From contig JBAVYH010000216.1 in assembly GCA_049698695.1 (NCBI GenBank), positions 6,992-70,991 of the forward strand: DNA of 64,000 nt, written 5' to 3'. Of the stretch, positions 38,847-46,723 are shown piece after piece; position 1 is the stretch's first letter, and every line of letters starts with the position of its first letter. The position numbers were made by a program, and so were the translations under genes. The stretch comes from Bryobacteraceae bacterium (GTDB taxonomy: Bacteria > Acidobacteriota > Terriglobia > Bryobacterales > Bryobacteraceae). Under the pieces are notes generated by a model. That model worked only from the letters and a program-made list of their open reading frames with translations, ran no database searches and was not told where the DNA came from.

Positions 38847-40997
38847 TTACGGGAGCACCGTGAAATCCGTCCACTGGCTGGCCGCTATGGCTTTTCCGCC
38901 TTGCTGCTCGGTCGCGATCACTTGCAGATCGTAGTCGCCGGGAGTCAGTCTGTCCGCCAGTTTCAGCGCGCCGAACGCGGCCGGACCACGGTCTTTCATT
39001 TCCACCAGCTTCGCCGGCGCCGAGTATATCTCCTTGCCATCGCGTAGAACGCGCACGCGCGTCTCCAGGTCCACTTTTGACCTTTTCTTGGCGCCGTTCT
39101 CAATCGCGCAAAGAAACTCCACCAAGCCGCCGCGCTTGAACTGCCGCAGCGCCGGCGTGATGTCAAGCAGCTCGGACGCCCAGGGCGACCGTTCGCCATC
39201 CCGTAGTATCACGCTGGCCAGGGCGAGTCTTGCCTTTTTCAGATTCGGGATCTCGATGAACTGCGTGGCCGAGCCAATCTTGCCCGTCGCTTCGTCCCGC
39301 ACCGCCGCGCGAATCTGGTACGCACCGCGCTTCGGCACCGGCACGTCCAGCGTGTACAAAGCGCCATCCCGCAGCGCGTCGGTCATCCTTCCCGCCGCCA
39401 CCTGCACGTTGTAGATGCGGCCCACCGCGGCCAGCGGCTGGTCACCAGCACCGGTGGCGACCACGAACAGCATAACCCGCGACCTGTCGCTGCCATCAAG
39501 GTCGTGCTCCCAACTCAGGTCGGCTGCGTTGATCCGAAGCAGATTGCGAACCACGGGACCTCGCTTCGGAACCTCCGCGTACAGCGCCGTCAGCCGCAAC
39601 CCCACGCCGGAAGACTTGAACGGCGACAACATGGCGGCACGCAACTGTTCGATCGGCGTGTTGAACTTGGGAACCGTTTCGTCGTCGGTTTCCCCGAAAA
39701 ACCCGGACCGCGAGCGAACCTGCAGCCCGGCGCGCGTCACTTTCACCTGGATGCGGTGAAAGCCGCGCCCGCCGTTCTTGCCTTGCCACGTGCTTTCCAA
39801 CGGATGATACCCCAGCAGGTAGTAACCCGCCTGATCCTCCAGCACCCGCGCGAGCCCCCAATTCATGTCGTTGCCGTTGTCGTAGGCCAGCCCGCCCGTC
39901 TGCCCCGCGAGGTATGCGAGATTCTCCTCTTGGACCTCGTTGCTGAGGTCCCTTTCGTCATTGACGCCAACATGGGTGTGGTTGTTTAGGGTGGTGTCCC
40001 CTGGTACCCCCGCCGTCTCAGTCAGCTCCGGGTTGTCCTCCGCGCCCGGTTGCAAAGTCTGTGCTCCAGTTGCGCGCATGGTGTAAATCACGGTGCCCGA
40101 CCGGTTGGCCCGGTCGATCAGGAGCCGGAGCACGCGCACAACGTCGGCGTAACTTTCCGGGGCGTCGTGTGCCCGATGCGCGTTTGCTCTATGGACATGT
40201 GGACCAACGCCAGCCTCAAACATCTGAAGCCCGTCCGAGAACAGCACGATTGATTTGCGCCCAGGCATCTCGCGGAGCGCACCAACGATATAGTTGACCG
40301 CCCCAAGAGTGCCAACGGTGGCGAGCGCGCTGCTCCTGGCGTCATCCGGCCCGGAGCCACCGCTGGGGACAGAGCCGATCAAGTCCTCCCAGGACGAGTA
40401 CTTGCCGTATGGATCGAAGTACGTCGCGCCAAAGCGTCCATTGGGGTTCCAGCGCAAGCCGTTGATGATCGACAGCAGCACCCGTTTATCGGCGCTGAAT
40501 TGCTGCAAGGCGCCCGATCCGGCGCCAGTCCGGCAAATCGCCACCAGGTCGCCTGGCTGCATCTGTTCGTTGACAAACCTGCGCAGCGACCTGCGCACGA
40601 GTGCCATGCTTTCGAAGGAGAGGCCGAGGTCGTCCACCATCAGCACGATGGTGCGCCGCACGTCTTCCGGGCGAAGCTGCGCGAGGGGTGGAGGCGGCAA
40701 GGCATCAACGGGCTTAGGCGAAAGCTTTTCACGGGCCGCCTCGAGTTCCGGGGTTACCTGGACATACGAAAAGTGCGTCAACTTCTGCAGCTTGCCATCT
40801 TCGAAGACCTGGAACTCTTCCGGTTTGAGATCTGTAATGTGATGTCCTTTGGAATCGGTCACGACGGCGTCCACTTGCACCAATGTCGAGGTGACGCGGA
40901 AAACCGTGGCCGGCTGCTGGGAGTCCGGCGCCGGCGCCGCGGGCTGTTGCCCGGAAGCGAACAACGCACCCAGGAAGAGGCCAGCCGCTGCCTTCAT
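38847..40997 (-). CDS. Secreted VWA-domain protein (acidobacterial VWFA type), paralogue 1
   Basis: Signal peptide MKAAAGLFLGALFASGQQP. VWA block TIVLMVDDLGLS (DxSxS-like MIDAS region). Long beta-rich C-terminus. Closely similar to the upstream gene. Confidence 0.8.
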   Translation of the reverse strand: MKAAAGLFLGALFASGQQPAAPAPDSQQPATVFRVTSTLVQVDAVVTDSKGHHITDLKPEEFQVFEDGKLQKLTHFSYVQVTPELEAAREKLSPKPVDALPPPPLAQLRPEDVRRTIVLMVDDLGLSFESMALVRRSLRRFVNEQMQPGDLVAICRTGAGSGALQQFSADKRVLLSIINGLRWNPNGRFGATYFDPYGKYSSWEDLIGSVPSGGSGPDDARSSALATVGTLGAVNYIVGALREMPGRKSIVLFSDGLQMFEAGVGPHVHRANAHRAHDAPESYADVVRVLRLLIDRANRSGTVIYTMRATGAQTLQPGAEDNPELTETAGVPGDTTLNNHTHVGVNDERDLSNEVQEENLAYLAGQTGGLAYDNGNDMNWGLARVLEDQAGYYLLGYHPLESTWQGKNGGRGFHRIQVKVTRAGLQVRSRSGFFGETDDETVPKFNTPIEQLRAAMLSPFKSSGVGLRLTALYAEVPKRGPVVRNLLRINAADLSWEHDLDGSDRSRVMLFVVATGAGDQPLAAVGRIYNVQVAAGRMTDALRDGALYTLDVPVPKRGAYQIRAAVRDEATGKIGSATQFIEIPNLKKARLALASVILRDGERSPWASELLDITPALRQFKRGGLVEFLCAIENGAKKRSKVDLETRVRVLRDGKEIYSAPAKLVEMKDRGPAAFGALKLADRLTPGDYDLQVIATEQQGGKAIAASQWTDFTVLP

Positions 40998-41029
40998 AGC
41001 TTCATTCTCACTGATGGCGACTCTTCGCG

Positions 41030-43174
41030 TTACGGAACCACCGTGAAATCCGTCCACTGGCCGGCCGCCGCGCCTGTGGTGCCTTTGGCCGCGTTTCGCT
41101 CGGCCACGATCACTTGCAGGTAGTAGTCGCCGGGAGTCATGTTGTCCCCCAGTTTCAACGCGCCGAATACAACCCGGCCGACGACCGGCATGTCGATCAG
41201 CCGGGCCGGCGTCGAGTAGACTTCCTTGCCATCGCGCAGAACCCGCACGCGCGTGGCCATGTCCACATCCGGTCCTTTCTTGCGGCCCTTCTCAACCGCG
41301 CAAAAATATTCCAGCGAACTCCCCCGCTTGAACTGCCGCAGCGCCGGAACGATGTCCAGCATGTCGGGCCTGGCCGACCGGTCGCCGTCCTGCAGGATGA
41401 CACTCGCCAGCGCGAATCCCTTCTTCTTTAGCTCCGGGATCTCGAGGAACTGGGTGGCCGAGCCGATCTTGCCCGTCGTCTGGTCCCGCACCGCAACGCG
41501 AATCTGGTACGCCCCGCGCTTCGGCACCGGCACGTCCAGAGTGTACAAAGCGCCATCCCGCAGCGCCTCGGCCATCTTTCCCGGCGCCACTCGCAGATCG
41601 AAAACGCGGCCCACGGCCGCCAGCGGCTGGTCGCTGGCGCCGGTGGCCACGCCCACCAGCATGACCTGCGCCCAGTCGTTGCCGTGGTCGTCGAGCTTCC
41701 AGGTCAGGTCGGCCGCATTGATGCGCAGAAGATTGCGGACCACCGGGCCTCGCTTCGGCGCTTCGGCGTACAGCGCAGTCAGCCGCACCCCCACGCCGGA
41801 GGACTGGAACGGCGACAACATTGTGGCGCGCAATTGTTCCGCCGGCGTGGTGTAGCTCGGCAGCGTCTCGTCGTCGGTCTCTCCGAAGAACCCGGACCGC
41901 GAGCGAACGTGCAACCCCGCGCGCGTCACCTTCACCTGGATGCGGTGGTAGTCGCTTCTGCCGTTCTTGCGCTGCAATGTGCCTTCCGGCGTTTGAAACC
42001 CCAGCAGGTAGTAACCCTCCTGGTCCTCCAACACCCGCTGCAGGCCCGAATTCAGATCGTTGCCGTTGTAGTAAGCCAGGCCTCCGGTTTTGTCAGCGAG
42101 GTATGCGAGATCCTGTTGCAGGACGTTGTTGACAACGTCTCTGCCGCCGCCAATATGCGTCAGGGCGTTCAGCGCCCCGTTCGCTTCCCCCCGCGTCATT
42201 TGATCCAGTTGCGGGTTGTCCTGCGCGTCCAATTGCAAAGTCTGGAGACCGGTGGCTTGGATCGTGTAGATCACCGTTCCCGAACGGTTCGCCCGGTCAA
42301 TCAAGCGGCGCAGCGCGGCAGTGACGTCGGCGTAACTGTCCAGCGACTCGCCTGTACCAGGGCTTTCAAACAGTTGGATTCCATCGGAGAAGAGCACGAT
42401 GGATTTGCGCCCGGGCATCTCGCGAAGCGCACCCACGATATAGTTGACTGCCCCGAGCGTGCCGACCGTAGTGATGGCAGTGTTCTCGATGTCATACCGC
42501 ACATCGAGCGACCGGGAATCGCCGCTGGGAACAAACCCGGACGCGCCGGCCGGCCCGAACTTGCCATATGGGTCGAAGTAGCTCAGGCCGAAGCGTCCAT
42601 TCGGATTCCAGTGCAAGCCGTCGATGACCGACAGCAGCACTCGCTTATCGACGCTGAATTGCTGCAAGGCGCCCGATCCGGCGCCGGTACGGCAAATCGC
42701 CACCAGGTCGCCCGGCTGCATCTGCTGGTTGACGAACTTGCGCAGCGAACCGCGCACGAATGCCATGCTTTCGAAAGAAAGGCCGAGATCGTCAACCATC
42801 AGCACGATGGTGCGCCGCACGTCTTCGGGGCGAAGCTGCGCCAGCGCGGGAGGTGGTAACGCCGACACGGTGTTGGGCGAACGCTTCGGCCGCTCGGCCT
42901 TGAATTCCGGTGCGGCCTTATGTTCCGATGCCACTTGGACATACGAAAAGTGAGTCAGCTTCTGCAGCTTGCCGTCCTCAAAGACCTGGAAGTCTTCCGG
43001 TTTGAGATCGGTGATGTGGCGCCCTTTGGAATCGGTTACCACGGCGTCCACTTGCACCAAGGTCGAAGTGACGCTGAAAACAGCAGTTGGCTGCTGGGAG
43101 TCCGGAGCCCGCGCCGCGGGCTGCTGCCCGGAAGCGAACAGCGTGGCAAGGAAGATGCCGGCTATTGCCTTCAC
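41030..43174 (-). CDS. Secreted VWA-domain protein (acidobacterial VWFA type), paralogue 2
   Basis: Same architecture and long identical peptide runs as 38847-40997 (e.g. ALYTLDVPVPKRGAYQIR, TIVLMVDDLGLSFESMA). Confidence 0.8.
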   Translation of the reverse strand: MKAIAGIFLATLFASGQQPAARAPDSQQPTAVFSVTSTLVQVDAVVTDSKGRHITDLKPEDFQVFEDGKLQKLTHFSYVQVASEHKAAPEFKAERPKRSPNTVSALPPPALAQLRPEDVRRTIVLMVDDLGLSFESMAFVRGSLRKFVNQQMQPGDLVAICRTGAGSGALQQFSVDKRVLLSVIDGLHWNPNGRFGLSYFDPYGKFGPAGASGFVPSGDSRSLDVRYDIENTAITTVGTLGAVNYIVGALREMPGRKSIVLFSDGIQLFESPGTGESLDSYADVTAALRRLIDRANRSGTVIYTIQATGLQTLQLDAQDNPQLDQMTRGEANGALNALTHIGGGRDVVNNVLQQDLAYLADKTGGLAYYNGNDLNSGLQRVLEDQEGYYLLGFQTPEGTLQRKNGRSDYHRIQVKVTRAGLHVRSRSGFFGETDDETLPSYTTPAEQLRATMLSPFQSSGVGVRLTALYAEAPKRGPVVRNLLRINAADLTWKLDDHGNDWAQVMLVGVATGASDQPLAAVGRVFDLRVAPGKMAEALRDGALYTLDVPVPKRGAYQIRVAVRDQTTGKIGSATQFLEIPELKKKGFALASVILQDGDRSARPDMLDIVPALRQFKRGSSLEYFCAVEKGRKKGPDVDMATRVRVLRDGKEVYSTPARLIDMPVVGRVVFGALKLGDNMTPGDYYLQVIVAERNAAKGTTGAAAGQWTDFTVVP

Positions 43175-43212
43175 ACCTTCATTCTCACCGATGGCTAGCT
43201 TCCCCGCCAGAC

Positions 43213-43220
43213 CTATTAAG
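43213..43220. repeat. Target-site duplication, left copy (CTATTAAG)
   Basis: Identical 8-mer directly abuts both IS ends. Confidence 0.8.
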
Positions 43221-43244
43221 GGTGATTATATACTTAACAAAATA
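43221..43244. repeat. Left terminal inverted repeat
   Basis: GGTGATTATATACTTAACAAAATA compared with the reverse complement of the right end, GGTGATTATATACTTGACAAAACA. The first 15 nt are identical and there are 2 mismatches in 24. Confidence 0.85.
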
Positions 43245-43304
43245 GGCGCGTGAGAAGTCAGCAGACGCGGTTTCTTGGTGTGCCGTGGTGAGACATGGAA
43301 ATAT

Positions 43305-43469
43305 TCAGGCCGTCTTCTTCGCCCGAGCCTTTTTTCTGTGAGCCCGCTTCCACGCCGCCTCTCGTTTCAGGATCTCTTCCTTCGAGACCGTGAACATCGT
43401 ATGGACGGCATTGTTCATCCTCTCAGCGTCCGTGTTGCCGGATACGTGCGGTGCTGGTAGTGGTTTCAT
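43305..43469 (-). CDS. 54-aa lysine/arginine-rich small protein, coupled to the PIN gene
   Basis: ATG overlaps the PIN stop (ATGA). Encodes MKPLPAPHVSGNTDAERMNNAVHTMFTVSKEEILKREAAWKRAHRKKARAKKTA. Below the track size cut-off. Confidence 0.5.
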   Translation of the reverse strand: MKPLPAPHVSGNTDAERMNNAVHTMFTVSKEEILKREAAWKRAHRKKARAKKTA

Positions 43470-43873
43470 GGATTTATCGAAATCACCTTAACGCCACTGG
43501 CTCGATGCATCGGTTTCGTGGATTTTTCCGTCGTTATAAGTTCCTCTGCCTCGGCAACAAGGGCGCATGCCACATGAATTGCGTCGATACCGGAAATACC
43601 GGTTCTTCCGCCTTCATCGATAGCGAGTGTCATAAGTTCGTCGCTGCTTGGCACACGTGTCATGCTGTTCTTGAAGAATTCTTCATAGAACTGCCTCTCA
43701 TCTTCGTTTTTGTGAAAGGTGCATTTCGGCAGCAGTTCAACCTTCACGTAATCACTTGTGACGTATTCCCTCAATGGGTCGTACAAGAACGAAAGGGCTG
43801 TGTCCGCCAGCGCTTTGTCGCCGCGGACAGCAGCAATCAAAACGCCAACATCGATATATGTCCGAGTCGGCAC
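43466..43873 (-). CDS. PIN-domain nuclease (VapC-like toxin)
   Basis: Acidic residues are spaced as in PIN domains: YIDVGVLI (Asp), VKVELLP (Glu), GIDAIHVA (Asp), ITTEK. GTG start. Confidence 0.75.
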   Translation of the reverse strand: MPTRTYIDVGVLIAAVRGDKALADTALSFLYDPLREYVTSDYVKVELLPKCTFHKNEDERQFYEEFFKNSMTRVPSSDELMTLAIDEGGRTGISGIDAIHVACALVAEAEELITTEKSTKPMHRASGVKVISINP

Positions 43874-43889
43874 TTATGCCTGGCCTTAG

Positions 43890-44165
43890 TTATAACCATC
43901 CGCGCGTTTCGTTGATTTCCCGCTCCAGGGCGTCTGGAGACAAAGGCTGGCGGCCGCTGTCAATGAGATGCTGGCGGAGAGACAACACACGTTCCCTGGA
44001 TCGCTCTAACTCGGGCGACATCGTTGTTACCGTACTGCCAACATACACAGCCGGATTCTCATAGCGTGGCACCGCAATCTCCACATTGCATGGGGATATT
44101 ACGTACGAAGGCGGTGTGTTTCTTAGTGCTTCCTCAATCTTCTTCGGATCGATCAACAATAACAT
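43890..44165 (-). CDS. Small protein upstream of the PIN gene (candidate cognate antitoxin)
   Basis: Occupies the antitoxin position, 16 nt upstream of the PIN gene. The start is uncertain: ATG 44165 overlaps the upstream gene by 32 nt, and an internal ATG at 44021 would give 43 aa. Confidence 0.45.
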   Translation of the reverse strand: MLLLIDPKKIEEALRNTPPSYVISPCNVEIAVPRYENPAVYVGSTVTTMSPELERSRERVLSLRQHLIDSGRQPLSPDALEREINETRGWL

Positions 44166-45057
44166 GGAGTGGCTCCCTATTCAAGGTTTGGTCGTAATAG
44201 TGTTTCCGTCTAATCCACTTGAAACCTTCATGTTTCGTGACGGCCGCAATTTCAATCGGGCCGCCAATGATCTGCGGACCCGGAAGAAATCGACTGTACA
44301 TTATTGATGCGTGAACAAGAAACTCGGCGAGGTCTATCGCGTCCTGAATCGGCATCGGTGGAAATACAATAGGAGCCTGCAATCTGGCAACCAAGATGGG
44401 GTTTAATTGCTTGAACAATTGCTCGGGCGATACTGGCTCCTGTTGCCCCTGCGAGGCACTGACCTCAGCCAATATCTGAAACAATAAAGGGCTGAACCCG
44501 ATCACGATCCTCTGAACTACCTCCGGTGCGCCACCCCAACTGATGCCAGCTTGATCTGAGGGACGTAGTTCGCTCGGCGGTGTTGGCTTACCAGCTTTGA
44601 TCTCAATGCCCCATGATTCGCCAAACCTCCCGGTTATTCCTCCAGTCGTCGAGTAGCCACCAAGCAAGAAACCTATATTCATGCCCAAGAGAGTTGCGGC
44701 AGGCTGTTTCTCACATTCGGCACCTAGAAACTTAGCGACTATCTCTGCCACGCCCCGCATCGTGTAATTATCTGGGTCAAATTCGAAATCGAACTGTTTT
44801 GCTTTTTCGCCATCCATTAATACAGCCCGGAGATCTTTCATCAGCGTACCGATAGAGGCGTTGCCAATGCTGCCCGATCCGAACGTTACGATTCCAATCG
44901 GTCTTCCCTTGTAGAGATTAAAAATCTTGTTGGCGTTATCGTATACTTTCGCGACTCCAGCCACGGTCCCTGGAACCACGGACACCGACAGGGTGGATGC
45001 ACTATCGGCGGCAATAACCAGCCCATCGTGAACGGCGATCAAGATCGCTATGCTCAT
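44134..45057 (-). CDS. Proteasome-beta/HslV-like Ntn-hydrolase-fold protein with ~100-aa C-terminal extension
   Basis: After Met removal, SIAILIAVHDGLVIAADSAST aligns position-for-position with the mature beta-subunit N-terminus, giving Ser1 and Asp17. NANKIFNL matches the Lys33 block, TFGSGSIG the Gly47 block and LLGGYSTTGG the GGxD..G block. The ATG is 6 nt after the transposase stop. Confidence 0.65.
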   Translation of the reverse strand: MSIAILIAVHDGLVIAADSASTLSVSVVPGTVAGVAKVYDNANKIFNLYKGRPIGIVTFGSGSIGNASIGTLMKDLRAVLMDGEKAKQFDFEFDPDNYTMRGVAEIVAKFLGAECEKQPAATLLGMNIGFLLGGYSTTGGITGRFGESWGIEIKAGKPTPPSELRPSDQAGISWGGAPEVVQRIVIGFSPLLFQILAEVSASQGQQEPVSPEQLFKQLNPILVARLQAPIVFPPMPIQDAIDLAEFLVHASIMYSRFLPGPQIIGGPIEIAAVTKHEGFKWIRRKHYYDQTLNREPLHVIVDRSEED

Positions 45058-45063
45058 TTACGC

Positions 45064-46047
45064 TTACCTCGATTCTGACGCCTGAGGTTGATCCAACCTC
45101 CGCTCAGGGCTGGCCTTCCCGGTCAGCGCGTCAAACGTGACGCGCTTTCCTACCATACCAGAAACGGCTACGGAAAAGCGTTCAGCGTCCGTCAATTCCC
45201 GACTGTTGAAACGGAACGCCTGTTCATCGAGGTAGCGGAACAGATGGAAGGGCTCAACGCTGACGTAGGTTCCACCGAGACCGCGCTTCAAGAGACTCCA
45301 GAAGTTCTCGATTCCGTTCGTATGCACCCTGCCATCGACATAGGCTACAGCGTGGTCAATCACCTGATGCTGGAATTCGTCAAGCCCCTCGTACGATTTC
45401 AGCGCATCGGTGTAAAGGGCGGCACCCGCCTGGACATGCCGCCGGACCTCAGCCTGAAGTGCATTCTTCTTGCGGTTCGGAACCACCGAGGTGCGGACCC
45501 GACTGTATTTTTCGCCGTCGCCCCGTTCAAGGATACCCATCACGGCGGCCTTGTCTTTCCCTCCAGTGCCAGTGATGACACGCGCACGCTTCGCCGTGTG
45601 CATATTTCGCGCCTTGCCGCCGATAAAAGTTTCGTCCACTTCCACGTGGCCTAGAAGCTTATCGGCAGAATCCGAGTTGAGCATCAGCCGAATCCGATGG
45701 TCCAGAAACCACGCGGTTTTCTGGGTCACGCCAATAGCCCGCGCCACTTCGCAACTGCTAATCCCGTTCTTGGAGTTCACAATCTGCCACATAGCCATCA
45801 GCCATTTGTCCAGACCGATAGGGGAATCCTCCATCACGGTTCCCGTCTTCAGCGTGAACTGGGGAGCATCGTGCTTCTCCCGGCAATGCCACCGGTTGTA
45901 CTTTTTCAGGAATAGCACGTTTGCGGAGCCGCACCGTGGACAAGTGACGCCCTTCGACCAACGGCGAGCAACGAGGTACGCCCGGCAATTCTCGGGCTTC
46001 GAAAAGTATATGATCGCTTCCTGAAGTGTGCTGGGTTCCTGTTCCAT
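45064..46047 (-). CDS. IS1595-family DDE transposase
   Basis: N-terminal zinc ribbon (CPRCGS...WHCREK), HVEVDETFIGG, AAVMGILER, YTDALKSY and TNGIENFWSLLKRG blocks typical of IS1595 transposases. Confidence 0.85.
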   Translation of the reverse strand: MEQEPSTLQEAIIYFSKPENCRAYLVARRWSKGVTCPRCGSANVLFLKKYNRWHCREKHDAPQFTLKTGTVMEDSPIGLDKWLMAMWQIVNSKNGISSCEVARAIGVTQKTAWFLDHRIRLMLNSDSADKLLGHVEVDETFIGGKARNMHTAKRARVITGTGGKDKAAVMGILERGDGEKYSRVRTSVVPNRKKNALQAEVRRHVQAGAALYTDALKSYEGLDEFQHQVIDHAVAYVDGRVHTNGIENFWSLLKRGLGGTYVSVEPFHLFRYLDEQAFRFNSRELTDAERFSVAVSGMVGKRVTFDALTGKASPERRLDQPQASESR

Positions 46048-46053
46048 GCTTTT

Positions 46054-46082
46054 ATTCTAGGGCACTTCGACTGTTTTGTCAA
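46054..46082 (-). promoter_or_regulatory. Putative transposase promoter inside the right IR (leaderless transcript predicted)
   Basis: On the minus strand: TTGACA (46082-46077), a 17-nt spacer, TAGAAT (46059-46054), then ATG 6 nt downstream. No RBS. Confidence 0.45.
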
Positions 46083-46095
46083 GTATATAATCACC
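46072..46095. repeat. Right terminal inverted repeat
   Basis: See the left IR. The element ends ...AAGTATATAATCACC. Confidence 0.85.
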
Positions 46096-46103
46096 CTATT
46101 AAG
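46096..46103. repeat. Target-site duplication, right copy (CTATTAAG)
   Basis: Identical 8-mer to 43213-43220. Confidence 0.8.
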
Positions 46104-46164
46104 AGCCATTACCCCAGCGTGCCACTAACCGCGCTTACCGCGACTGAAACGGTCCGTGCGCGGC

Positions 46165-46569
46165 TCACTGATTCAGCTCCGGATGCTCCGCGACGCTCAA
46201 TATGTTGCCGTCGGGGTCCTTGAACCAAGCCACCTTGGCGCCGGTGGGTGTGGTCCAGATGCCCAGCTCGTCCTGTTTCATGAAATCGTAGCGCTCGAAG
46301 CGGATTCCGGCTTGCGCCAGGTCTGTGACCGCCGCAACGATATCCGGGACCTGCCAGCCCAACACCGTGCCTTGGACCGGTGCGCGCTCCTTGCCCATGC
46401 CCAGCCGCAGCATGATGCCGTTGGCGTCGAACACCAGCGCGAACGGCGGCTCTTCGCTGAGCAGCCGCAGGCCGAGCGTGTCCCGATAGAATTCCTTCGC
46501 GCGGGCGACATCGACGATGGTGACGAAGCCCACGATGTTGTACTTGCCAAGTCCTGTGTGCTGAGACAT
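46165..46569 (-). CDS. VOC (glyoxalase/bleomycin-resistance/dioxygenase) family protein
   Basis: 134 aa. Starts MSQHTGLGKYNIVGFVTIVDVARAKEFYRDTLGL and ends AWFKDPDGNILSVAEH, typical of VOC proteins. The rest of the 407-aa track ORF is an Arg/Ser-rich extension. Confidence 0.8.
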   Translation of the reverse strand: MSQHTGLGKYNIVGFVTIVDVARAKEFYRDTLGLRLLSEEPPFALVFDANGIMLRLGMGKERAPVQGTVLGWQVPDIVAAVTDLAQAGIRFERYDFMKQDELGIWTTPTGAKVAWFKDPDGNILSVAEHPELNQ

Positions 46570-46723
46570 GGGGATAGGATGCACCAACTCTCCGTTTGTC
46601 GCAAGACCAGGATCAGGCCGGTCGTTCGCGGCCAGAAAAGCCGAGCCGACTCCCGGCTCATCGGGCTTGAGAGCCCGCGCCACTGCGGTTGCAGCCGGGC
46701 CGCGCGTTATAATCCGGTTTCCG

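Larger units (their letters stand above)
43221..46095 (-). mobile_element. IS1595-family (ISNwi1-like) insertion sequence carrying passenger genes
   Basis: Terminal inverted repeats, 8-bp direct repeats, an IS1595-type transposase, visibly lower GC than the flanks, and five tightly packed same-strand ORFs. Confidence 0.85.

Noticed and set aside
43275-43460. 61-aa plus-strand ORF inside the IS left end
   Set aside because: It is antisense to the better-supported 54-aa minus-strand ORF, which is translationally coupled to the PIN gene. It has no RBS and odd composition.
45088-46024. Plus-strand ORFs of 188 aa and 184 aa inside the IS
   Set aside because: They are antisense to the IS1595 transposase, whose conserved motifs are unambiguous.
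46707-46713. TTATAAT 11 nt upstream of the ATG at 46724
   Set aside because: No convincing -35 element was seen. It may be a -10 element, but the call would rest on one hexamer.
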